The notes below the pieces were generated by a model, which saw nothing but the letters and a program-made list of their open reading frames with translations, did no database searches and was not told the DNA's origin. From Centroscyllium fabricii (Eukaryota): a DNA stretch of 64,000 bases. The translations under genes and the position numbers were made by a program. Each line of letters starts with the position of its first letter. Position 1 is the stretch's first letter. This document shows, piece after piece, positions 1 to 12,749 of this stretch. The DNA lies in NCBI GenBank assembly GCA_051313645.2, contig JBNRSN020000004.1, positions 302,374,001 through 302,438,000 on the forward strand, written 5' to 3'.

Positions 1-90
1 ATTGCCTTTTTAAATAGTTTGCGCAATTCCCGCCAGTGCTACGTTCGGGTCTGATGGGATGCTGTGCTCTGAAGTTGTGCAGGGCCACGT

Positions 91-316
91 TGTGTTAAAC
101 CACTGTTGTATATAGTTGCCTTTTGCCTGTGTGTATACATGCCCGGGCAAGCCTGAAGCTGACTCCGCCCCTAGCCTACCTGATAAAGGCCAAGCTCCGG
201 GAGCCTGGCCCAGTACAAGGAGTTGCCAGTCAGTCTGAGGATGTCCACAGTTCTTAGTGAATAAAAGCCTCAGTTGTATTCTCAACCTCGCCTCGAGTAT
301 AATTGATCGCGCATCA
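91..316 (+). repeat. 5' LTR of Gypsy A
   Basis: Direct repeat of 4132-4357; AATAAA at 260-265. Confidence 0.97.
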
Positions 317-340
317 ATTTTATTCACTAAGAGGTTTAAG

Positions 341-3300
341 ATGGACGCCCTCCTGAAGCTATCCACCCTGGAACTCGACCCGAGCGCACCAGAGGCGCCG
401 AACAGCTTCTCCCGCTGGCTAACCTGCTTTGAGCGATTCCTGGTGACCTCCGCCAGCACTGTCCAGACGGACGCCCAGAAACTCTTGCTTCTGCAGTCAT
501 GGCTCCATCACCGGGTGTTCCAACTCATCAAGGGAACGACCTCCTACACATTGGCGATGGCCCTCCTCAAAAAGCAGTACGAGCGGCCGACTAACACGGT
601 TTACGCCAGGCACCTCCTGCTGACTTGCAAACAACGGCCCGGGGAGAGTTTCGCTGGCTTTGTGCGGGCCCTGACGGAGCTCAGCAGAGCCTGCAACTGC
701 GAAACGGCCTCGGCAGATGAGCACAGGGAGCTGCTAGTCCGAGACGCCATCGTCGCTGGTGTACAATCGGACTACACCCGGAAGAGACTGCTGGAACTGG
801 GGAAACTGTCCCTGAAGAAGGCCACAGACATTGGACTCGCACTCGAAGGGGCTGATCGGAGTATGGAGTCGTACGCGCACATGGCCGCCCCATGGACCTC
901 ACGGGAGCCGCCAGCGTGGAACACGCCAGGCCCGACGCCTTACGCCACGCCACCTTCGCCTCACCCCGTGAACGGCCCGACCACCGCGGCGGTACCCCGG
1001 AGCCAGAAGTGCTATTTCTGTGGCCAAGTGAAGCACTCCTGACCGCGCTGTCCGGCGAAGGACGCTACGTGCACGCGTTGCCAGAAGAAGGGACACTTCG
1101 CGAGCGTCTGCAAGTCGTCCCCCTGGCCCAGCAGCGCCGCGTGCGAACCGACCTCGTGGCCATCTTGGACAACCCCCACCATGTGCGACTCATGGGAGCA
1201 GCCATCTTGGATGCCTGCAGCCACAGACCGACCCGGCTCCCCGACTGACTGCAATGAGCCACCAGCCGCGGTACTGGCTTCCATTACCTTGGACCAGTCT
1301 GGGCCCCACCACCTCACAAAGTCGATGATGGACATGAAGGTAAACGGCTGCGCCACGAACTGCCTCGGGGAGCACGGAAAGCTTTGTCCACCCCGATATG
1401 GTGCGCCGCCTCTCGCTCTCCACTCGGCCCATGCACCAGCACATCTCCCTCGCTTCCAAATCCCAGACCGCGGATGTCGGCGGTTACTACGTGGTAACCC
1501 TGTCGGTGAGCGGCGCAGTGTACAAGGATTTCAAACTCCTGGTCCTACCCATCCTCTGCGTGGCCGTCCTCCTGGGGTTAGACTTCCAAACCCACCTTAA
1601 TAGCGTTACGATGGCGTATGGGGGGCCCCTTTCGCCCCCCCCTCACTGTCCGCAGCCAGAAGCCCTCAAACCGCCCACTGCGTGCCGTCTGCAGCCTCTC
1701 GACCCTCCAGGTCGCCCCTCCCCCACTGTTCACTAACCTCACCCCAGACTGTAAACCCATAGCCACTAAGAGCAGGAGATACAGTGCAGGGGACAGGGCT
1801 TTCATCAAGTCCGAGGTACAGCGGCTCCTGAAGGAGGGGGTGATTGAGGCTAGCACCAGCCCCTGGAGGGCCCAAGTAGTCGTTGTTAACCAATCGGTTG
1901 TTTTCACCGGTCTTATCGACTACAGCCAGACCATCAACCGCTTTACGCAGTTGCACGCGTACCCCCTCCCCCGCATATCTGACATGGTCAATCAGATTGC
2001 ACAGTACAAGGTGTTCTCCACCATTGACCTGAAATCGGCTTATCACCAACTCCCCATCCGCCCCGCGGACCGCCGCTATACTGCCTTCGAGGCTAACGGC
2101 CGCATCTACCACTTCCTCAGGGTCCCCTTTGGGGTCACCAATGGTGTCTCGGTTTTCCAACGGGAGATGGACCGTATGGTTGACCAGCACGGGCTGCTGG
2201 CCACGTTCCCGTACCTAGACAACGTGACCATCTGCGGCCATGACCTGCAGAACCATGACGCCAACCTGGAAAAATTCCTTCGCGCGACCCAACTCCTTAA
2301 CCTCACCTATAACAAGGAGAAATGCATGTTCCGCACAACACGCCTTGGCTGTGTTGTGGAAAACGGGGTTATCGGTCCCGACCCAGACCGCATGCGCCCC
2401 CTCATGGAACTCCCCCTCCCCCATTGCCAAAAGGCCCTGCGAAGATGCCTGGGCTGCTTCTCCTACTACGCCCAGTGGGTCCCTAACTTTGCGGACAAGT
2501 CCCGCCCGCTCCTTAAGTCCACCTCCTTTCCCCTGATGACGGAGGCCCGTATGGCCTTCGACCACATCAAATGGGACATCGCTAAGGCCACCATGCACGC
2601 GGTGGATGAAACCGCCCCATTTCAGGTGGAGAGCGATGCGTCCGACTTTGCCCTGGCCGCCACCCTTAACCAGGCGGGCAGACCCGTGGCCGCCTTCTCC
2701 TGGACCCTCCAAGGCCCCGAGACTAGACACTCCTCTGTTGAGGAGGAGGCCCAGGCCATAGTGGAAGCTGTGCACCACTGGAGGCATTACCTGGCCGGTC
2801 AACGGTTTACCCTGCTCACTGACCAGCGCTCAGTTGCTTTTATGTTCAGCAACAAGCAGCGGGGTAAAATCAAAAACGACAAGATATTGAGGTGGAGAAT
2901 TGAACTCTCCACCTACAACTACGATATCTTGTACCGGCCCGGGAAGCTCAACGAGCCCCCAGATACCCTCTCCCGGGGAACATGCACCAGCGTGCAGGTG
3001 CATCGACTGCGGTCCCTCCACAACGACCTCTGCCACCCGGGCGTTACCCGGTTCTTCCATTTTGTCAAGGCCCGCAACCTGCCCTACTCCATTGAGGAGG
3101 TCCGGACCATGACCAGGAACTGCCAGGTCTGCGCCGAGTGTAAACCACACTTTTACAGGCCAGACAGGGCACAACTGATAAAGGCCACCCGTCCCTTCGA
3201 GCGCCTCAGCATCGATTTCAAGGGACCCCTCCCCTCCCCCGACCGCAATGTGTACTTTCTCACCATTATTGATGAGTACTCACGGTTCCCCTTCGCCGTC

Positions 3301-4075
3301 CCCTGCCCTGACATGACCTCGGCCACGGTCATCAAGGCCCTGCACAATCTCTTCGCCCTGTTCGGGTTCCCCAGCTACATCCATAGTGACCGGGGTTCCT
3401 AATTTATGAGCGACGAGCTGCGACAGTACCTGCTCGCTGGAGGAGTCGCCACGAGCAGGACTACCAGCTACAACCCCGGGGAAACGGACAGGTGGAGAGG
3501 GAGAATGCTACAGTCTGGAAGGCCACCCTGCTAGCCCTAAAGTCCAGGGGCCTTCCAGTCTCGCGCTGGCAAGACGTTCTCCTGGATGTACTCCACGTTA
3601 TCCGATCCCTCCTCTGCACTGCCATAAACGCCACCCCTCATGAAAAAATGTTTGTCTTCCCCAGGAAGTCCACATCGGGGACATCGCTCCCATCTTGGCT
3701 GACGTCCGGAAACACGTCAGGAGCCATAAGACGGACCCCCTCGTCGAAAGAGTCCAACTCCTCCACACAAACCCCCAATACACCTACATTGCGTATCTGG
3801 ACGGGCGGGAGGACACCGTTTCTATTCGGGAGCTCGCCCCCTCAGGTGCCCCCAATGCTGACGAGCCCCGCCACCCCCCCTTTTGCAACCCCCCACCCCC
3901 CGGGTGGCACCTGCGTCCGATCTTTCTCCCCTAGCCCCTGTACACTGCGCGCCGGATCCAAGGACCCAGCCGCCGACCACTGACTGCCCCCATGCGGACG
4001 AAGACGTGGAACCAGCACCGCAGCCGGAGCCACGACGATCTCCGAGGCGTACCAGACCTCCTGAAAGACTGATGT
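341..4075 (+). pseudogene. gag-pol of Gypsy A (originally probably one ORF; now disrupted)
   Basis: ATG 341; two CCHC knuckles with a TGA at 1040-1042 inside the first; protease D-T/S-G deleted near 1365; RT SPWRAQV...YLDN; RNase H ESDASD; IN HPG..CQVC, IDFKGP, HSDRG then stop at 3400 and frameshifts. Confidence 0.93.
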
Positions 4076-4131
4076 ACACTCGACGTTGTCTCACTTCACC
4101 CCGCTGGACTCATTTTTAAAGAAGGGGTGAA

Positions 4132-4357
4132 TGTGGTAAACCACTGTTGTATATAGTTGCCTTTTGTCTGTGTGTATATATGCCCGGGCATGCTTGAAGC
4201 TGACTCCGCCCCTAGCCTACCTGATAAAGGCCAAGCTCCGGGATCCTGGCCCAGTACAAGGAGTTGCCGGTCAGTCTAAGGATGTTCAGGGTTCTTAGTG
4301 AATAAAAGCCTCAGTTGTATTCTCAACCTCGCCTCGAGTATAATTGATCGCGCATCA
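4132..4357 (+). repeat. 3' LTR of Gypsy A
   Basis: Direct repeat of 91-316. Confidence 0.97.
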
Positions 4358-5134
4358 CACGTTCAGTGCCCAATGCAGTACCAGGCATGTTGACATGGGA
4401 ATGGCGGTGAGGGGGGTGGGTGGTTGTTGGGGAAAGACGATCAGTGGTGTGGCGCATGCAGGGCATCATTCTGCAGTTCCTCCCCCACTCTCGTGTAAAT
4501 CTAGAATTGTCAGAGCTGCTTAAAGCAGCGGCTATAATGCTACAAATACGCTTTTATAAAACAGTTTGGCAATACAGACATTGGAACACTCTAGTGCTAA
4601 TGCGCCATTCATTTTTGTGGAAAATTGTCTTGTCACTTGTAGTTTTTTTAAGTTAACATCATCCCTCTGATCCTCATCACAAACTATTTTCCTTCGTAAC
4701 GATTGTGAGACCTGCAGTGATTTACGAAAACAAAGCATTCAAACCCTACTGCATTTTTGTACAACTTTGTTATATTGGATGAAGAATGAACAAACTTTAT
4801 GAATGTGTGTGTGTGAACTTTATTCCGCCCCCCCGCCCCTCCCCCCCCCCCCCCCAGACCTGAGCTTCAGTGTTTCAGTCTACTGTTGAGTGTAATCATG
4901 CTACTTATGACTTGGTATCCCAGACAGAAAGGGAAGCTGCAGTAAATACTGCAGAGGCTTCTGGCTTTTTACGCCTGCTTTCCTGGAAGTGCACATTCCT
5001 GCACACCATTAAAATACATCTTGGCATGTGTTGGCTAGTTTAACAGGATGGAGCTTTGGAGTAATAAAGTTATGTTGTCTTTGCAAAAGATTTGTGTTAA
5101 TCCAGTGGTTAACTGAGCCAATACTAAGGCACGT

Positions 5135-5450
5135 TGGTGTAGTGGTTACGTTAAGGGTCTAGTAATCCTGAGGCTTCAGCTAATGATAATCCCAAGAATG
5201 TGAGTTCAAATTCCACCAGTGTAGTTTGAGAATTTTAATTCAGTTTATAGAAAAAAAAATATCTGGAAAAGTGAAGCTGGTGTAAAAATCCAACTGGCTC
5301 TCTAATGTCTACAGGGAACTCCAGTGGTTGACTCTTAACTGTTGTCCTCTGAAGTGGCCTAGCCAACCACTCAGTTGTATACCGCAACTAGGGATGGGCA
5401 ATAAATGCTGGCCTTACCAGTGATGCTGACATCCTGAGAATTATTTTTTT
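5135..5450 (+). mobile_element. tRNA-derived SINE, decayed
   Basis: A-box-like GGTGTAGTGGT, B-box-like GAGTTCAAATTCC; 3' tail matches the 3' end of the LINE at 6340-6805. Confidence 0.6.
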
Positions 5451-6339
5451 TATATGCAGAACACAAGGGCCTCTGCTTCGATCGCTAACCTGTGCTGGGT
5501 TTTGAAGTATTTTGAAGTATGCAAGATATTAAACCGCTTATCTGGAGCACCACTTCAAGGTATGCCAGGGTACTAGAACAAGGAGGCATAGGTAAACAAA
5601 ATGGTGAAAGGAAAGTTGGGTTAGACTTCAGGGAGGACTTCTTCACACAGAGTGATTAATACTTAGATTGGTCAGATAGCGTGATGGGAATTGTCTGAAT
5701 GAATGAGCTAAGGTGAGCTGAAAGTAAACATTTGAGAGTTCATTGTTAATTTAAGGCCGTTTAGGATATGATTTAGTTTCCAGAGCAATACTGTACAGAT
5801 TTAATATTCAAGTAAAACCAAGATTATATTCAAAGTTAGATTAGCTTGTAAAATAAAATGGACCATACAATTCTAGGTTTAAATTGGTTTAAAATATCAT
5901 GCCTTTATGATCACTATAGTCTGCGTTCTGTCATTAATAACTAATATGAAGCATAGCCACTTTCCTGAGTCACCCACTTTCCCTACTCCCCTCCCGCCCC
6001 TCAGCCATAGTGCATCGTAGAATTTCAACCCCCTGGAACAACCTATTTGTGTTTTATATATACAAATATTTTTGTTCACAGAATGTTGGTGTGAAGTCTG
6101 AATGTCCAGAGCTTAGTTGGAGCAAGTCTTGCCTGCTGTAGTTTGGAGCCATACAGATTAAGAAGCTCCCCAGTTTTCTCTGTGTTGAGTTAATAGGTTC
6201 CTTATGGAGTTTGGCAGTGAGGTGCTGTGGGCTAGGGAGGGAAAATCAGCTAATGTACCTGCTGTCCAGTGGCCTTGGCATTGAAGTGTGCAAATTGGAT
6301 GAGGACGACTGAGCTAGGCTTTGCTGCCTTTAAAAAAAA

Positions 6340-6805
6340 AATCACTTATGGGATCTGGGCGTCGCTGGCAAGGCCAGCATTTATTGCCCATCCCTAGTTG
6401 CCTTTGAGAAGGTGGTGGTGAGCTGCCGCCTTTGAACCGCTGCAGTCCGTGTGGTGAAGGTACTCCCACAATGCTGCTAGGTAGGGAGTTACAGGATTTT
6501 TACCTAGCGATGATGAAGGATCGGCGATATACCTCTAAGTCAGGATGGTGTGTGACTTGGAGGGCAACTTGGAGGTGGTGGTGTTCCCATGTGCCTGCTG
6601 CCCTTGTCCTTCTAGGTGGCAGAGGTCGCGGGTTTGGGAGGTGCTGCCGAAGAAGCCTTAGTGAGTTGCTGCAGTGCAACTTGTAGATGGTGCACACTGC
6701 AGCCACAGTACGCCGGTGGTGGAGGGAGTGAATCTGTAAGGTGGTGGATGGGGTGCCAATCAAGCAGGCTGCTTTGTCCTGGATGGTGTCAAACATCTTG
6801 AGTGA
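6340..6805 (-). mobile_element. Non-LTR retrotransposon 3' fragment
   Basis: Minus-strand peptide DTIQDKAACLIG...SLHHRRTVAAVCTIYK resembles a LINE ORF2 C-terminus; AATAAA and T-rich end. Confidence 0.7.
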
Positions 6806-7598
6806 CTAGGCCTCCATGGTGACTCGGCTGCTGATGCTCGCTATTTGGGATTAGAGAACAAATGGTCACTTGTTGAAGTAACAGAAGCCAGCTCTCTCAG
6901 AACACATATCCCAACATAAGTCATAGAATTGTACAGCACTGAAGGAGCCATTCGGCCTACTGTGCCTGTGCCAGCTCTTTGTAAAAGCTAAGTAAGTGAG
7001 CTAACTAAGAGCTTTGTAAGTTCTTGTCTTCTGGAAGCTTGAAATTAGATTGTGAGATTGATCCACTCCGTTTAAAGAAAACATTTGTTCTACTTGATGA
7101 GATTGGGGTAGTTTCGAACTTTACAATGAACCTTATGAAATGCGGCGCTAAGCAACACTTTGGATCCTTGTAAATGTGGAGGTGTTATCATCCAGCAATC
7201 TGACATTGAAACTATTGGACTCACTGCTGTCAAGCAAGACAGGATTTAAAAAAATTAAAATCTACAAATGGTGATTGTGTAACACTGCCCCTAGTGAGAA
7301 TCCAACCAGTTCAGTAATAGAGGAAAGGATGTTCAACCAAATCTGCTGTAGACATGATCATAAAACTCCTGTAAAAGTTGTACAGAAGCCAAAACCTGGT
7401 ACTGGAGGACATTTGAAAACAACCTATTTGAAGATGTAACTCATTTGCCTGATTTTTTACAAAAAAAATAAAATTGGGGAAATCGTGGAATCATTCATTG
7501 CTGACTGCATCAGAAAATGTACTTCTCCACTCTGCTGATCTGGGTAAACATGTTTTGCAAAAATTTACAGTTTTGTGTCAAATGTCAACAGACAAGAT

Positions 7599-8120
7599 GG
7601 ACTGGATTCTTACTCGGAGCTGGGAAGGGAGTGGGGGTGGGGGGAGGCTGGATTGAGGTTGGGAAACTCTGAAGAACGGGATTCCCTCAGGCCCTGCCAA
7701 ATTTAACGGCAGGGCCTGATTAACAATTTTTGCTCCGTTTCCTGGCCGCGGCCAGCTGGCAAGCTGTTGGGTGGGTAGGCCTTCAGCATCAGACCGCAGC
7801 CGGGGAGCAGAGAGGGGAGGGGGGTCAGAGGGTGGGGTGGGGGTTGGTGGGAGATCGGGGGCGGGGGTGGATGGTGTGAGGTTGGAGGCCTCGGGGAGTG
7901 GGTCGGTAAGGCAGGTACGCTGGATCGTGGATCAATATGAGGCACGCAGGCTCATTATAATATTTAAATTGCCAACCCGCCTCCTGGGAGCAGGTTAGTT
8001 GCCCACCCCGGGCCCACCTCCGTTAAAACCGGATTGTGGTCGGATTCAGAATTTTAACACTTTAACCTTGCACCCGACCCAAACCTGCCTGTTTCTTGGG
8101 GTTAAAATCCCCCCTCCGCC
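7599..8120. mobile_element. Decayed non-autonomous DNA element (GG...GGATT-type ends)
   Basis: GGACTGGATTCT start and AAAATCCCCC end, GC-rich interior like other MITEs here; ends imperfect. Confidence 0.4.
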
Positions 8121-9254
8121 GATGTGTGGTGCTGTTGACCGTCGCTATACAGTTTAGCCGTCGTGTATTGGATTCAATCCCAGCAGACCTGGGTCACTTT
8201 GGGTTGAACAGGATGTTTACTTGTCCAGACAGCAACAATTCCACTTCAAAAACCTTTTGAGATAATTGATATTAAGAATGCGACATTTTGAGACTTGGTA
8301 CTTCCTCATGCCTGTGAAATTCGGCACAAGTCAGGTGGCATGGTATTAGTCATTAATGTTCCAGTATTTACAGTACAAAATTCAAACATTGATACTATTG
8401 TGTGGTGTATATATTATAATAGATGAAAGTCTTGCATCTTCATGCAATTCCTGTGTAAAAAACCTGTTGCAACACTTTTATGTCAACTTTCTTCTGTTGT
8501 AAATTCCTCTGTTCACATTTCTAATGGAAATTGTCTATATACCGTTGTCAGGTTGTATTTACATCCTCCCCCTCCCCAGTGGTAGCATCTCCCACAAGCT
8601 CAGATTGTACTGCAGAGAAATATTTGAACCTGAAAATCCTGGAGCAATTATCCTTCTCTTGAAGTCTACACTTGGTCTAGACTCCTGTGTGGAAGCCTAC
8701 AGGAGAGCGACTAGTATATATTCAGTTTATTTGTGCTCCTTTGTTGATTTCTTGTGGACTATACTGATTGGAGTGGTTAAAGCAAGGGCCGAAACCCGCT
8801 GGACTGGAAAGTTTGGAATTCTGGCTTAAATTTTTCTTTATAAAAATACCTAAATGTGTTACAGAAGTGAGATCAGGACTTCAAAGTAATTCTTTTTTAA
8901 GAGTAATTTTTTTTGTTTTGAAAAGAAAATCCCTTTTCACAGGATTAGGTGGCACAGTGGATCAGCCGAGATTTATTGGATGAGCATCTGTCTGCTTCTC
9001 TTCCCGCTCCCGTACTGTTACTTCTGGAGTCCTTCAGGGGTCTTTCCTATTTTAAATCTACGTGCTGCCCCTCGGCAACATCATCCGAAAAAACAACATT
9101 GGCTTCCGACATGCTGACGACACCCAGCTCTACGTCACTGCTACCTCTCTTCATCCCACCACTGTCTCTGATTTGTCGTCTTGTCTTGCCTGACATTCAG
9201 TATTGGATGAGCAGAAATTTTGTCCAATTAAATCTTGGGAAGACCGAAGTCATT

Positions 9255-9683
9255 GGTCGTGAATTTGCCAACGCTCAGAGGGCGGGTTTGGATGTGGGTC
9301 CACTGTCAAAATAGCAAAGATTGACAGCAGGTAGGAAACCCGCTGTCAACCCGCCTCCATGCAGGTCTCCCAGGTATCATGTGTGTCAGTGGAGCACTGA
9401 TCCGACACCAAGTGCTGTCAATCACTGGAGTCCCTCAAACGTCTTCAAACACCTCAATGCTGTCAAACACTGACAGAACAACTGTCAAACTCCATGTGGA
9501 CGTGGTCCCTTTAAGGAAGCTGGCTGATGACGCGCCATTAAGTGACATCATCAGACCCGCTTCCTGTTAATTGGTCTTAACAAGGCCAATCAGGGGAAAT
9601 CCCATTTACAGAGCGGCTGCAGCCAGGTTCCTGACTGGAACCCAGAAACCAGCTCTCCCACCTCCGCTGGGAAATTCACGGAC
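9255..9683. mobile_element. MITE with ATT TSD (Harbinger-like)
   Basis: TIRs GGTCGTGAATTT / AAATTCACGGAC; ATT on both sides; L2 rejoins across it. Confidence 0.8.
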
Positions 9684-10192
9684 ATTGTCTTCCATCCCCG
9701 TACAAACGCCGTTTCCTAGTCACTGACTCCATCCCCCTCCCTGGCCACTGTCTGAGGCTGAACAAGACTGTTTACAACCTCACCATCCTATTTGATCTTG
9801 AGCTGAGATTCCGACACACTATCCTCTCCATCACCAAGACCGCCGACTTCCACCTCTGTAACTGTCTCTGCCTCAGCCCATCTGCTGCAGAAATCCTTAT
9901 CCATGCCTTTGTTACCTCTAGACTTGACTGTTCCAATGCTCTCTTGGCCGGCCTCCCACCTTCCAACCTCCTGTAAACTTCAGCTCATCGAAAGCTCTGC
10001 TGCCCATTTCCTAACTCGCACCAAGTCCTGTTCACCCATCACCTCTGTGCTCACTCAACTACCTTAGCACCTAGTCCGGCAACACCTCGATTTTTTAAAT
10101 TCTCATTCAAATCCCTTCATGTTTCGTCCTTCCCTATCTCTGTAACCTCCTCTAACTCTCCAATCGTCCGAGAACTCTGCATTCCTCCAACT

Positions 10193-10304
10193 CTCTGCAT
10201 CTTGTGCATGCCTCACTTGCTCTGCATCTTGTGAATGCCTCACTTGCTCTGCATCTTGTGAATGCCTCACTTGCTCTGCATCTTGTGAATGCCTCACTTG
10301 CTCT
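10193..10304. repeat. 27-bp tandem repeat x4 inside L2
   Basis: CTCTGCATCTTGTGAATGCCTCACTTG x4, one mismatch. Confidence 0.95.
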
Positions 10305-11034
10305 ACCCTTTTCATTGACGGCCGTGCATTCAGCTGTCTAGGCCCTGAGATCTGGAATTCCTTCCCTAAACCTCTCCACCTCTAAGTACCTGCCAAAAAC
10401 CTACCTCTTTGATCAAGATTTTGGTCGCCTGTCTTATTATTTCCTTATGTGGCTCTGTGTCAATTTCTGTCTGATTACACTTCTGTGAAGTGCCTTGGGA
10501 TGCTTTGCTATGGTAAGGACTCTGTATAAATGCAAGTTGTTGTTGTTGTCCTGTATGAAGTAGCGTGTGGCCCCACAGCACAAAGCTGCCTAATGTCTGC
10601 TGCTAAATTTCTCCAAATCACTCGAGCCATTCCTAGTATGGGGGTAGCAGGAGGGAGTCTGAGTAGATGAAACTCTTCTCACCCTGTGTCCTCTTCTGCC
10701 CTTGACGTAGGAGTGCTTTATGCTGATAACAGGTGGCAGTGCAGTCCATTCCACAGCACTCACCTTGATTAATGGAGAAGAAAAGGCCACATTCACCAAT
10801 AAATTTCCTTTTTATTATTATTATTTGATTGAGCTTCAAGGGGACAATTGTTTGACTAAGTTGCAACACTATTCCCTGGGTCAGCCTGTGTGACATTTTG
10901 GTGCAGGTTGACTTCTCAGTGGTAATGATGGCATGTTACTCCTTCAGTACTCACCGGGAGACAAGAGGTAGTCAACCCAAAGGGCTGACATGAATGTTGA
11001 TAGTTGAGTCCAAATACAGTAGCACTTAAGTCTG

Positions 11035-11425
11035 TCAGCTGTAGCTCAGTGCTAGCACTCTCGCTTGAGTCAGAAGATTGTGGGTTCAAGTCCCACTCCA
11101 GAGAACACAACATCTAGGCTGACACTCTAGTGTGGAGTGCTGCACCGTCAGAGGTGCTGTTTTTGGATGAGATGTTAAAACGAGGCCCCGTCTGCCCTCT
11201 CGTGGATGTAAAAGATCCCATAGCACTATTTCGAAGAAGAGCAGGGGCGACCTCCCGTTCTGGCCAATATTTATCCCTCAACCAACACTAAACAGATTAT
11301 TTGGTCACTATCAGATTGCTGTTTGTGGGATCTTGCTGTGTGCAAATTGGCTGTCACGTTTGCTATGTTATAACAGTGACTACACTTCAGAAATAATTAA
11401 TTGGCTGTAAAGTGCTTTAGGGTAT
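11035..11425 (+). mobile_element. Deu-domain SINE (SacSINE1/AmnSINE-like)
   Basis: tRNA head (TAGCTCAGTG...GGTTCAAGTCCC), Deu-like core GGATGTAAAAGATCCCATAGCACTATTTCGAAGAAGAGCAGGGG, L2-like tail; related fragments near 19980-20180 and 22255-22510. Confidence 0.75.
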
Positions 11426-12749
11426 TGCTTTAGGTAAGTCATTGTTTCATTTCTTAAGGGTCTTTGCGCATAATGTATTGACCAGTATTTTTAGTTGTAC
11501 AATATTGAGATTTGTTTTTATAATATGTAATGTGCAGTAATAAATGTTTACTGCTGCTTGTTTTGAATGGAGTAATAATACTCTGCAAGGTGTAATTTAC
11601 CTTTCAGGCCAGAGATCCTTTGCTCAGTCATGTTTTATTCCTTGTTTTTATTGCTACTGTTTATTGACGCTTTTTAAGTATAATATTCTGTCCAATTTGC
11701 ACCTTGTATTTTTGAAATAATTGTCAGATGTCTAATGAGTGTACAGTAAAATGTTTGTTTTGTACGAGTTACTTGTTTTTCGCATGCTCTCAAGTGACAG
11801 GGCGGCGGCCTGTGTTGGTGTTTTTCTTTATTTTTAAAAACTTGAATCATCTGAAAGGTGCATTGCTTCAGTATATGACCTATTTTATCGATCCCCAGTG
11901 TGTTTTAGGGAACGAGCTGACGGAATGCGGTATAATTACAGCTTCCTCTCTCTTCAGCTATTGTTAGCTCTGCATGCCAGCATCATTTTTTGCGCATTTC
12001 ATTTTATTAAGTAGCATTTTAGATTTGAAGACTTAAACTGGAGCACAGTTAAATACTGATGGCATAAAGTGACATAGTATCCAGGTAGATCTCTGTATAA
12101 TCTGATTTTTTTCTTGTTTTTCAATGCTGCATTGCATAAAAGTGCAAGTCTGTAGATCTGAGGGTCAGACTGAATTTACAGTGTTACCAAAACAATTCTA
12201 ACCCTTGTGGTAAAGTTTTAAGCAAAACTGACCATTCAAAACACTCCCAAGAGTTGAAATTCCTCAGTGTGTTTGAATTATTGCACAAATTGGGCATTAA
12301 TGAGAAATAACTTTTTATGTTTGAGCCAATGCAGAATTGATGCACTACTTGCGTATTTGAGGAAATGACTCCCTGGTGTTACTATCTTTTGATGCATGTT
12401 AAAGCAAGTTCCTTGTGATTTTTTTTTTGTGTTGTGTCCTTCATTTATAAAATTCTTTTTTAAACTTGGCATGAAAGCACCGTAACTTGTGTTCTCCCCT
12501 AAGTGAGTCACTAACCGAAGTAACGGGTGTGGTAAGTGGCATTCCCAACTTCTGGAGATTGTGATGGTCGACAATGTGCCATGTGAGGCACTGCATCGGT
12601 GTCAGGGCTGCCTTGTACTGTAATATACTTGTAATTGGGGCAGGTGGGGAGGGGGGGTGGGGGGTGGTGCAGGGGTGTCTGCAAACATGCAAGGTGCCAG
12701 TGGGTGGACTGTCCTAAAGTCCTCTCACACTTGCTGTACACTTTACAAC

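Larger units (their letters stand above)
91..4357 (+). mobile_element. Gypsy/Ty3 LTR retrotransposon 'A' (Mag-like gag), full-length but decayed
   Basis: 226-bp LTRs 91-316 and 4132-4357 (TG...CA, about 11 mismatches by eye); 5-bp TSD CACGT at 86-90 and 4358-4362; PPT AAAGAAGGGGTGAA before the 3' LTR; gag-pro-RT-RNaseH-IN order. Confidence 0.97.
9040..10550 (+). mobile_element. L2-clade LINE 3' portion, interrupted by a MITE
   Basis: Degenerate YADDTQLY (gctgacgacacccagctctac), WMSRNFVQLNLGKTE, LIHAFVTSRLD; tail TATAAATGCAAGTTGTTGTTG. Confidence 0.85.
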
